Positions 11,270 through 19,993 of a stretch of 64,000 nucleotides of DNA are shown piece after piece; the stretch's first letter is position 1, and each line of letters opens with the position of its first letter. Below the pieces are notes generated by a model. The model was not told the origin of the DNA and ran no database searches. It saw nothing but the letters and a program-made list of their open reading frames with translations. The stretch lies in assembly GCA_000092065.1 (NCBI GenBank), contig CP000596.1, one strand, 5' to 3'. The position numbers and the translations under genes are program-made. This DNA comes from Ostreococcus lucimarinus (lineage: Eukaryota).

Positions 11270-14200
11270 ATGCGAGGCGCCGCAAAACTTCGATCCGATC
11301 GCGCCGACGTCGCGCGCCCGAGCTCGACGAGCGATCTCGCCGCGCGCGGCGCGCGACGGTCGACGAATCGCGACGATCCGAACGGCCTCGGCGCGTCGAC
11401 GACGGCGCGACGCGCGAGCGACGACGACGCGCGAGCGATGGCGCGATCGAAATCAACGCCGATCGACGCGCGACGGGAGCGAAGGATGAGCGCGGGCGCG
11501 CGAGACGCGAGGACGTGGCGAGCGTTCGCGCGGGGACGGGTGGACGGCACGGGGGTGCGGTTGAGCGCGCTGACGGTGTTGTTTTTGTCCTTCGTCGTGC
11601 TCACGGAGTGGATACGCGATCGCGAGGGAGAAAAGTTTAGCGCGTTTACGCCGAGGTTGATTCGGTCGAGACACGTGCTGGACGTGACGACCGGGGAACG
11701 GGTGATGATGACGGAGGAACGCGCGCGAGGGAGCGGATTGAACGCGGGGAACGCGAGCGGAGCGGCGGCGGCGAATTTGCGAACGTACATGGATCACGGC
11801 GTGGTGCGACTGGAGGCAGAGGTGTGTGGATCGACGTCGCTGATGGCGCTCACGGTGTTCGCGGTGTGCGCGAGCATTGGGTTGAACGATATCATGTGGA
11901 CGGCGTCGAGACAGAGGCGAAGAGTGAGTTCGACGGTTATGTACATCACGATTATCGCGTGTTACACGCACTATTTGATGGTTCAAGGGTCGGATTTGCT
12001 CATGAAGAGCATTGAAGGGACGTACTACTCGCTGTTGCGATATTTGGAGTGGATTTTCACGACGCCCGTGCTGCTGATTTTGGTGTTTCAACTTCACGCT
12101 CTCGTCGTCGGCGGAGCAAAGTCGAGATTTCGCACGGAAATGTACGCCATCTGCGTCGCGGATGAAATCATGCTCATCACCGGCATGCTGGTGAATGAAA
12201 TGAACGGCACGGTGCGAGGTATGCTTCTCACCGTGTCAATCGGTTGCTTCATGTACGTCATCACTACGTGCATTCAACTCTTTCGCGAGGTGCTCGCGAA
12301 CGAGCTCACCAAGGGCGATCGCACGAGATTTGTCATCCTCGCCATCGCCAAGACGGTGTGCTGGACGTCGTTCCCCTTGGTCTTCATGGCAAAAGAGCTG
12401 AACTACATCGATACGAGCGCCGAACACGAGTGGTTTTTGAGTTGTGACGTGTTGACCAAGGCGGCGTACTGCCTATTGCTCTCCGCCGGGAACATTCGCG
12501 TCCTCGACGCCGCTCGTGACGAAGAGATGGCTGACATCGAGCGCTTGACCAAAATGCAGCGAGATTTCTTCTTCAACATCACTCACGAATTGCGCATGCC
12601 TCTGAACTCCGTGATAGGCTTCAACACCTTGGCGGTGGAATCCGGTGAGTTGACGGATGTCGCCGACGGCTTTATCAAAAATTCCCTCACCTCAGCCGAG
12701 GCGTTGCTCGGGTTGATTAATCAAGTCCTGGACTACGCCAAGTTCAACCGCAAGGGCGCCGAAGTCGACCAGGCGCATGGGCTAGAGCTGACCAACGACG
12801 ATTTCACCATCGAAGAGCTCATAGATCAAACTTTGAGCATCTCTCAGCGTCAAGACTACACTGGAAACGTCTTCGTGCGCATCGATCCGAGCTTGTTTCG
12901 CATGACGTACAAGAGTGACTTTTTCCGTTTGCGTCAATGTCTTGTGAACGTCGTGAACAACGCGTTGAAGTTTTCCAGTAATCTCGATCGATCAGGGAAC
13001 GTCATAATCGATGTTCGCGGCTATCTCGAGGAGCAGGAGGCGCGCCTGACGTTTTCCGTCGAGGACAACGGTGTGGGCATTCCGGAAGAGAAACAGAGCG
13101 CTGTCTTCGTGCCGTTCAGCCAGCAGTCCGACTACTCCGCGCTCCGTGTGCAAGGCACCGGTCTCGGTCTTACTATCACGAAGACTATCATCGAGCTCAT
13201 GGGAGGCGTTATCGACTTCACGTCTCGAGAAGACGTCGGCACAAAGTTCAACATCACGCTTCCGCTCGGGTACAAGGCGACGGAGAAACAACACACGGCG
13301 CCGCGAGACTTGAAGGTGCTCATCGGGCTTCGCCCTGGCTTGCAAATGCGCACCGTTCGAAATATTTTAGCGTGCTATCAAGTTAACGTGCAAGATATGC
13401 TCGAAGTTGGTCTCGAAGACGCTCAGGATCGCGAACAAGTGGAGCATTACGTGCGACACTCGCACAAGGCAAACAGACCCGCGGTGTTGTGCATCGAAGA
13501 AGAGCAGTATTTCGCACACGAAAGCTGGTTGAATTCGATCGATCCCGAACCTCACATCTTGATCATATCCAAGTCTTCGAGAATGAAAGACTTGCCGCAT
13601 TCCGCGTGTAAGCGAGCCATCATGAAGCCGATAGCGATGTCAGCGTTCATCGAGACGCTCGAATACCTCGCGGCGGACGCGAAGAACGGCGAAGTCGACG
13701 AGAACGCGATGAGAACACGCGGTCTCGGAGGGAGAGACGAGAGCACTTCGAGTCTCGCTGAAAACTCTATGATGAGAAGTGAGAGAACTTCAAGTGACTC
13801 CAAACGTGCGCCCAAGTCTAGCGCAGAGCAGCCTGACATCGACATCAGCTCCATGCGCGTGCTCCTCGTCGAAGACAACAGGCTGAATCAGCAAGTGGCG
13901 ATTCACTCGATGAAAAGATGTAACGTATTCGTCGATGTCGCTGAGAATGGTTTGATCGCGACGCACAAAGTCGAAGACACCATTCGTGGGAACTCCAAAC
14001 CTTACGACGTCATTTTCATGGACATGATGATGCCCGTGATGGATGGAAACGACGCGACGAGGCGAATTCGCGAGATGGAACAAAGCGCCCCGCCTGGGTA
14101 CAAGCGTAATCTGATCGTCGCCTTGAGCGCAAACGTCGGACCCGAGCATACACTTGCGGTCACGGAAGCTGGATGTGATGGTTCACTCGGGAAACCATTC

Positions 14201-14302
14201 TACCCGAGCACGTTGCGCTCGCTTTTGTATTCCATCTTTCTCGACGAATACGAAGGCTTCGAGGGTGAGACGATGAACACGGCGTCGAGGCCCGGACACT
14301 GA
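11270..14302 (+). CDS. HKR: Histidine-kinase rhodopsin (HKR): a microbial-type rhodopsin fused to HisKA, HATPase_c and a receiver domain.
   Basis: Helix C LLRYLEWIFTTPVLLIL (compare bacteriorhodopsin RYADWLFTTPLLLLD). Helix F CWTSFPLVF (WxxYP). Helix G CDVLTKAAYCLLL, with the Schiff-base Lys codon at 12458-12460. H-box ITHELRMPLNSVIGF (His at 12584-12586). N box VNVVNNALKFS, G1 VEDNGVGIP, G2 GTGLGLTITK. Receiver LLVEDNRLNQ...YDVIFMDMMMPVMDG (Asp at 14021-14023). The track start at 11207 is a TTG; the first ATG is at 11270. Confidence 0.85.
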   Translation: MRGAAKLRSDRADVARPSSTSDLAARGARRSTNRDDPNGLGASTTARRASDDDARAMARSKSTPIDARRERRMSAGARDARTWRAFARGRVDGTGVRLSALTVLFLSFVVLTEWIRDREGEKFSAFTPRLIRSRHVLDVTTGERVMMTEERARGSGLNAGNASGAAAANLRTYMDHGVVRLEAEVCGSTSLMALTVFAVCASIGLNDIMWTASRQRRRVSSTVMYITIIACYTHYLMVQGSDLLMKSIEGTYYSLLRYLEWIFTTPVLLILVFQLHALVVGGAKSRFRTEMYAICVADEIMLITGMLVNEMNGTVRGMLLTVSIGCFMYVITTCIQLFREVLANELTKGDRTRFVILAIAKTVCWTSFPLVFMAKELNYIDTSAEHEWFLSCDVLTKAAYCLLLSAGNIRVLDAARDEEMADIERLTKMQRDFFFNITHELRMPLNSVIGFNTLAVESGELTDVADGFIKNSLTSAEALLGLINQVLDYAKFNRKGAEVDQAHGLELTNDDFTIEELIDQTLSISQRQDYTGNVFVRIDPSLFRMTYKSDFFRLRQCLVNVVNNALKFSSNLDRSGNVIIDVRGYLEEQEARLTFSVEDNGVGIPEEKQSAVFVPFSQQSDYSALRVQGTGLGLTITKTIIELMGGVIDFTSREDVGTKFNITLPLGYKATEKQHTAPRDLKVLIGLRPGLQMRTVRNILACYQVNVQDMLEVGLEDAQDREQVEHYVRHSHKANRPAVLCIEEEQYFAHESWLNSIDPEPHILIISKSSRMKDLPHSACKRAIMKPIAMSAFIETLEYLAADAKNGEVDENAMRTRGLGGRDESTSSLAENSMMRSERTSSDSKRAPKSSAEQPDIDISSMRVLLVEDNRLNQQVAIHSMKRCNVFVDVAENGLIATHKVEDTIRGNSKPYDVIFMDMMMPVMDGNDATRRIREMEQSAPPGYKRNLIVALSANVGPEHTLAVTEAGCDGSLGKPFYPSTLRSLLYSIFLDEYEGFEGETMNTASRPGH

Positions 14303-14414
14303 AAACGTGATCCGTGCGATGCAACTACTACTACTGTACAGTATAACTATTATAACGAACGTGACGCCCCCCGCGCGCGCGCGCGGGAAATTTTGTAACG
14401 AAGCTTGTATCACG

Positions 14415-15296
14415 TCACGTCGCGCTTCCTTCTCGTAGGCGCTCTTCGACCGCGTCCATCGCCGCGGCGTCGAACCCCAAAATCTCGTACCACATTTTCC
14501 CATTCGCAGACTTCAAGTCTTTTTCACACTTCAAATTGACGCTCGCGCGGCGCACTGCCGCCGCCGCGATCGTCGGCGCCTCCTCTTCCCCCACGGGCTC
14601 CGCCGTCGCGAAGAGGGCATCCAACAGCGTCGCGCTCGCCGCGCACGCCAATTCCCTACTACCTCCGATCACATGTACGATGTGAAACATGTACACGTGC
14701 GGTTGCGCCGTGTTCAACTCATATTCCATCGCGCGAAGCATCTCTTGCTCCAAAACTAAGATTCGATCCTTGTACGCGTAATACAACGCCCCCGTCGCCG
14801 CGTTCATCGCGTCGCCGTCGCGCGCCGCGTTCATCGCCTCCGCACCCTCATCTCCCGCCCCACGACCCACGACCGCGTACCCAGCCAGCATTTCACCCTC
14901 CGCCCGTTCTCTCGCGTCCGCCTCGCTCAACCGCACGTCCGCGCGATCATCCAGCGCCACCGTTCCGTCCTCGCCGTCGAGCGTCGCCGCCGTCGCCGCC
15001 ACGACGTCCGCCAACCGCACCACCGACTCCTCCAGCTTACACGCCAGGTAGATCCCCGCCTGCACGACCAATTCGGGCGAGACTTTCGCGCGCTTCCGCG
15101 CCTCGTCCTCGCTCGCGCGCTCGATCGCGTCGCGCCGTTTATAAAACTTTAAAACGTTCGCCAGCGCCGTCACCGCGGTGTCGATCGGGAGGTTCAGCAG
15201 CTCGCACGCGCGCCGACACAGCGCGCGCGCCTGCGCGTTGCGACGCGCGCGACGCGCGTCGTCGCCGTCGCTCGACGCGACCGGCGCGCGGGACAT
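14415..15296 (-). CDS. Cyclin-like protein with a cyclin N-terminal fold (C/H/K/L-type).
   Basis: Cyclin-box-like ...VLKFYKRRD...VVQAGIYLACKLEESVV... (compare CLFLASKVEE of cyclins C/H/K). The track ORF runs to 15506; the internal ATG at 15294-15296 (MSRAPVASS) is the more likely start after a basic low-complexity leader. Confidence 0.5.
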   Translation of the reverse strand: MSRAPVASSDGDDARRARRNAQARALCRRACELLNLPIDTAVTALANVLKFYKRRDAIERASEDEARKRAKVSPELVVQAGIYLACKLEESVVRLADVVAATAATLDGEDGTVALDDRADVRLSEADARERAEGEMLAGYAVVGRGAGDEGAEAMNAARDGDAMNAATGALYYAYKDRILVLEQEMLRAMEYELNTAQPHVYMFHIVHVIGGSRELACAASATLLDALFATAEPVGEEEAPTIAAAAVRRASVNLKCEKDLKSANGKMWYEILGFDAAAMDAVEERLREGSAT

Positions 15297-15504
15297 GCGT
15301 CGCGGTGTGCGGAGATCAATCGACGTTCTAAATTTATGGCGCGACGTCGTCATCGCGCGACGCGACGCGTTTTCGGCGCGGTCCCGTCGCGGCCGTCGAC
15401 GCGGCGCGCGACGCGACGCGCGCGACGACGCGCGAGGCGGTTCGCGAGGACGCGCGGACGCGCGAACGCGCCGGAAACGCGTCGCGACGGTTCGTTTGAG
15501 CGTC
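15297..15504. promoter_or_regulatory. Putative bidirectional promoter between the cyclin-like gene (-) and the small GTPase-like gene (+).
   Basis: About 200 bp separate two divergent start codons. This is an inference from gene arrangement. Confidence 0.3.
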
Positions 15505-16359
15505 ATGGGGAGCGATTACGCGCGACGCGTGCGGCGCGCTCGCGCGCTCGCGCGCGATCCCACGACGGCGCGCGACGCGCTGAGGGCGTTTTGCGCGTCC
15601 GACGCGAGCGCGGTCGGCGCGGTCGCGACGTTGGCCACGGCTGGGGCGAGCGGGTGCGGGAAAACGGCGCTCGTGCGGCGATTCTTCGCCGAGTCGCGGC
15701 GTCGACGCGGATGCGCGAACGCGGACGCGAGCGAGGATCGGCGCGCGACGCGGACGATCGGGATGGATTTCGGCGTGATGTCGTGCGCGCTCGAGCGCTC
15801 GGACGGCGACGAGGACGGTGGCGAAGCGCGCGCGCCGGCGCGCGCGCGCGGACGGTTTTTCGATCCGAGCGGCGCCGCGGCGCACGCGGCGTGTCGCGCC
15901 GCGGCGTACAGACGCGCCGACGGCGTCGTCTACGTCCTCGATCAGACGCTCGGAGACGTCGACGCGCGAGCCATCGAGCGCGGGCTTCGCGAGATCGTCG
16001 ACGCGCGGCGCGGCGAGACGCGCGGCGTCGTCCGCGTGCTCTTCGCGACGCGTCGGCGCTCGGGCGTCGACCGAATCGACGCCGCGACGACCGTCGACCG
16101 TCGCGCGCGAAAGCCGAGACCGACGCCGCGAGACGATCCATTCGCGCTGCTGCGCGACGTCAAAGCCGCGTGCGCGGCGGTGCTGACGACGAATCCGCTC
16201 GACGTCGCCTTCGTCCTCGTCGAGCCGCCGCGCGGGGCGTCGCTCGCGCGCGCGCTCGATTCGCTCCGCCATCTGACCCTCGTCGAAGTCGACGCTCGCG
16301 CTGGAACCGGCGTCGTCGACGCTTTTCACGCGTTATTCGCCGTCGCGCGGCGCGAGTGA
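15505..16359 (+). CDS. Divergent Ras/Rab-like small GTPase-like protein.
   Basis: P-loop GASGCGKTALVRRF. Switch I TIGMDFGV. Switch II-like FFDPSGAAA, with Ala in place of the catalytic Gln. VVYVLDQT matches the G3 region. No canonical NKxD is present. ATG at 15505. Confidence 0.5.
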   Translation: MGSDYARRVRRARALARDPTTARDALRAFCASDASAVGAVATLATAGASGCGKTALVRRFFAESRRRRGCANADASEDRRATRTIGMDFGVMSCALERSDGDEDGGEARAPARARGRFFDPSGAAAHAACRAAAYRRADGVVYVLDQTLGDVDARAIERGLREIVDARRGETRGVVRVLFATRRRSGVDRIDAATTVDRRARKPRPTPRDDPFALLRDVKAACAAVLTTNPLDVAFVLVEPPRGASLARALDSLRHLTLVEVDARAGTGVVDAFHALFAVARRE

Positions 16360-16435
16360 CGCGCGCCGTCATCGCGCGTCTTCGTCTTCGTCGTCGTCGC
16401 CGCCGCGTCCCGCACACCTCGCCGCCCTATCCGCG

Positions 16436-17001
16436 ATGTTCGCCGTCTCGACGTCCACCGTTGCCCTCCGCGCGCCCGCGCGATTCACCGTCAAGGTGCG
16501 TTTAGAGCGCAGACGGCGCGTTCGCGCGCGCAGAGCGCGTTCGCGCGCCGTCGCGGCGACGAACGCGAGCGATCACGCGGCAATGACGTGTCCCGCTGTC
16601 GCGACGAAAGACTGACGAACGACGCGCGCGCGCGATGGATCGAGCAGCGAAGCGCGCGAGGCAACGCGCAGACGCGCGCGCTGTTTGGGAAGAAACCCGC
16701 GGCCGAGGCCGAGAGCGCGCCGGCGACGAAGAGCCGGTTCAAAGCCAAGGCGAAACCCGCGGCGGCGGCGAAAGCCGTCCCGGGCGAGCCGTACTACGTG
16801 GACGGTAAATTGTGGGTGTGCCAAGGGTGTGGATACGTCTACGACGGCTCGAAGGGGGCGTGGGCGGAGGGGAAGCGATGCCCGGCGTGCGGTGAGCGAC
16901 GATTCGCGCTGAAGTCGCCGCAGGAATTGCAAACGGCGATTTACGCCCTCGCGGCGTCGGTGGCGCTCATCGGCTTGCTCTTCATCATTCCCCGATTGTG
17001 A
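16436..17001 (+). CDS. Membrane-anchored rubredoxin (RBD1/RubA-like), probably thylakoid-targeted. Two exons: 16436..16495 and 16645..17001.
   Basis: Rubredoxin knuckles WVCQGCGYVYD and CPACG, plus a C-terminal TM helix AIYALAASVALIGLLFII. The downstream ORF has no in-frame ATG (the track start is a GTG). An upstream ATG exon MFAVSTSTVALRAPARFTVK ends in AAG|GTGCGT. A CTGAC branch lies at 16612-16616 and an AG at 16643-16644. This model is an inference. Confidence 0.5.
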
Positions 17002-17046
17002 TGACGCGCGCGGTGGGGTGGGATGATAACATCGCGCGCGCGGCGA

Positions 17047-17068
17047 GTCGGTCGGTCGGTCGGTCGGC
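17047..17068. repeat. (GGTC)n tetranucleotide microsatellite in a 3' intergenic region.
   Basis: gtcggtcggtcggtcggtcgg is seen directly. Confidence 0.6.
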
Positions 17069-17118
17069 GCGCCACGCGATTAATTTTTTATGACTATCAA
17101 TCGATGAAACAAAACTTT

Positions 17119-17997
17119 TCACTCTCGCGGCGGCTCGCCGAATGGCTTTAAAATCCCTCGCGCGAACGCTTGCTCGAGCGCGAGCGCGGCGAAGGCGTAC
17201 GTCAGCACGCCTTGACCCGCTAAGAGCGCCGCTTGCGCGTACGTCGCGAAATCGGCGTCGCCGTTCAGAGACGCGGCGCGTAGATAGACGTCGGCGGCGC
17301 TCAAACCGCGCGCCAATCCAAACGCGCCGACGACGCCACCCTTGAGCTCGTTATTCCCCAGATCTCGTCTCACAGCGTACCGATACGTGACCCCGAACAC
17401 CGCGCACGACACGGCGACGATGCCGATGGACACCAAGCCGCCGCCCTGCGACACAATCAAAGGCGTCGCCAATAAAGCGCCCGACGCGCCGCCGACGGCG
17501 GCTGACTTCGCGCTCTCCGCCTTCTCCGCCGCCTCATCGATCGACGTCCCGTCCGCCCACTTATCGCCCGCACCGTTCCCACCAGACGCGTCTTCTTTCG
17601 CTAATTCCTCCCGCAACGCCGCGCGTTCGGCGTCCAACGCCCGCATCTTCGCCTCGGCGCGCTCCACCGCGTCTCGCTTCAACGCCAGCGTCTCCTCCGC
17701 CGCGCGCTCCGCCTTCGACTGACTCGCTTCCGTCTTCATCTGCACCTCCTCAAACGTCGTTCGCACGCGCTCTCGCTCCATCTGTTCAACCTTTTCGATC
17801 TCCCGCGCCGCGACGTCGCGCGCGTCCCGCCCCGCCCGCTCCGCCTCCGCCCGCACGCTCGCGTCGCTCGCCATCATCGCCTCGATCTCCCGCGCCGTTC
17901 GCGCCTCGAGCGTTTCGATCGACGCGTCGATCGCGCGCGCGACCTCGTCCTCGCTCGCGTCGTCCAGCGCGCGCGCGCGCGTCGCGCGTCGCCGTCG

Positions 17998-18029
<32 letters not shown>

Positions 18030-18099
18030 CGCGCGCGCCGGACGACGACGCGACGCGCGCGCGCGCGATCGCGACGCGCGCCATCGTCGTCGTCGTCAT
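17119..18099 (-). CDS. Hypothetical protein with a long coiled-coil and a C-terminal membrane domain.
   Basis: ATG at 18097-18099. Charged heptad-like E/R/A region (AEAERAGRDARDVAAREIEKVEQMERERV...) followed by 2-3 hydrophobic segments. The N-terminal (AT)n tract is encoded by a hexanucleotide repeat. Confidence 0.45.
17990..18038. repeat. (GTCGCC)n hexanucleotide microsatellite inside a CDS, encoding an ATATATAT tract.
   Basis: gtcgccgtcgccgtcgccgtcgccgtcgcc is seen directly. Confidence 0.7.
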
Positions 18100-18597
18100 C
18101 TCGTCGTCGCGCGTCGTCGGCGCGCGCGCGCGTGCGCGGTGTCGCCGACGCCGACGCGCGCGCCCGCGACGCGCGCGTGGTCATTAATATAATCTGTTTC
18201 ATTAGCGCTAGTGGGACATTTTCGTTAGTTGTGTGGGTAAACAGTAGCGGCAGGCGAGATGGAAAAAAGGGACTCGACGGTTCGTGATTCGAGAGGTGGC
18301 TTTTGGAGCGGTATTATTATTTTTGTCCGCGCTTGAAGAACGGAAAAAAATGCACAAAAAAAAGTCTCGTCGCGTTTTTTGTTTTTTGTCCATCTACCGT
18401 AAAGTGAATGTTAAATACGTAACCTCGTTTGAGTCCGCGTTAAGTAGTTTGGGTCCGTTTAGTGGTATATTTTATTTCGGATCCGCCCTCGGTGGTCACC
18501 CGTCGCGGCGTAGACCCTCGTCGATGCGATGCGGCCGCCGATCGCGGGCGCGCGCGTCTCGCGCTCCGTCTCTACGCGACGCGCGTGTTTAGGCAAC
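18100..18597. promoter_or_regulatory. AT-enriched divergent promoter region upstream of RPS4.
   Basis: Local GC drops sharply. A/T runs are present (ggaaaaaaatgcacaaaaaaaagtctcgtcgcgttttttgttttttgtcc). The region sits between divergent start codons at 18099 and 18598. Confidence 0.35.
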
Positions 18598-19643
18598 ATG
18601 GCCCGTGGCCTCAAAAAGCATTTGAAGCGTCTCAATGCGCCCAAGCACTGGATGCTCGACAAGCTCGGCGGCGTCTTCGCCCCGAAACCGTCGCCCGGTG
18701 CGTGTCGCGCGAAGGGTTTCGCGCGCGCGGGACGATGGGCGACGCGCGCGCCTCGCGAGCGCGCGATGACGCGCGATCGAGATCGCGATCGACGCGAGCG
18801 ATATCTCGTCGACCGTCACTGACCGTTCGTTCGACGTCGCGATCGCGCGCAGGTCCGCACAAGTCGCGCGAGTGCTTGCCGCTGTGCCTCATCCTTCGCA
18901 ACCGCTTGAAGTACGCGCTGACGTACAAGGAAGTGACGACGATTCTCATGCAGCGCGTGGTGAAGGTGGACGGGAAGATTCGCATGGATAAGTGCTACCC
19001 GTGCGGGATCATGGGTGCGTGGATCGAGGCGACGCGACGCGAACGACGCGCGAATTTCAGCGATCTCGACTCTTGGCTTAGGGCTTGCGCGACGCGCGAG
19101 ACGCCGGACGACTGACGAAGGACGACGACTTTGACTTTGACAGACGTCGTGAGCATCGAAAAGAGCGATGAACACTTCCGATTGATTTACGATAACAAGG
19201 GACGATTCGTCGTGCACCGCATCGAAGCCATCGAGGCGCAATACAAGCTGTGCAAGGTGAAGAGCAAAAAGCTCGGGGATAAGGGCGTGCCGTGCGTCGG
19301 CTTGCACGACGGACGCACGATTCGATACCCCGATCCGCTCATCAAGGAGGGTGACTCCGTCATGGTTGACATCGCGACGAACAAGATTACCGATTTCGTC
19401 AAGTTTGACGTCGGTGCGTTGTGCATGATCACGGGCGGCCGCAACGCCGGTCGCGTCGGGGTGATTCAACGCCGCGAAAAGCACATCGGAAGCTTTGAAA
19501 TCGTGCACTTGAAGGATGCCGCGGGTCAAGAGTTTGCGACGCGCGCGACGAACGTGTTCGCGATCGGCACCGGGAGCAAGCCGATGATTTCTTTGCCCAA
19601 GGGTAAGGGTATCAAGCTCTCCATCGTCGACGAGCGCCACTAG
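18598..19643 (+). CDS. RPS4: 40S ribosomal protein S4 (eS4). Three exons: 18598..18697, 18853..19014 and 19144..19643.
   Basis: Spliced product [44 protein letters not shown]...[23 protein letters not shown]...[14 protein letters not shown] is collinear with eukaryotic eS4. Donors are G|GTGCGTG in both introns. Acceptors are cgcgcag|GT and tttgacag|AC. CTGAC branches lie 27-28 nt upstream of each AG. Confidence 0.9.
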
Positions 19644-19993
19644 GCGCCGAGACGACGCTCGAGCGGCGATTCTCGAAGTCGCGTTCGCGTCCGATGATTT
19701 CGTCCGACGCATCGTCCGACGCATCTATCTCGACCGTCTGTCCGTCTGTCTTCGATCACCACCTTAAGCGCTTCGTGCGAGGATCCAATAGCCCGGTAGA
19801 TTTGTGATTTTCTTCAAGCCGAACCGCACAACAAAAGACGTTATTTTTTGCCACGACCGCGGGCGTCGAATGCGTGCGCGCGCAAACGCAATTGGCGTCG
19901 TCGTCGTCGTCGCGTCGTCACACCGCGACGCGCTCGACGCCCGCGCGCGCACGCACGCGCCCGATCACAACGCTCGATCGCACCGCCCTCGAC

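Noticed and set aside
15334-16505. Two overlapping 330-390-aa ORFs (minus 15334..16329 and plus 15336..16505) in the GTPase-like gene region.
   Set aside because: Both are almost pure Arg/Ala/Ser strings. The third frame (15505..16359) carries the P-loop and switch motifs and is the credible CDS.
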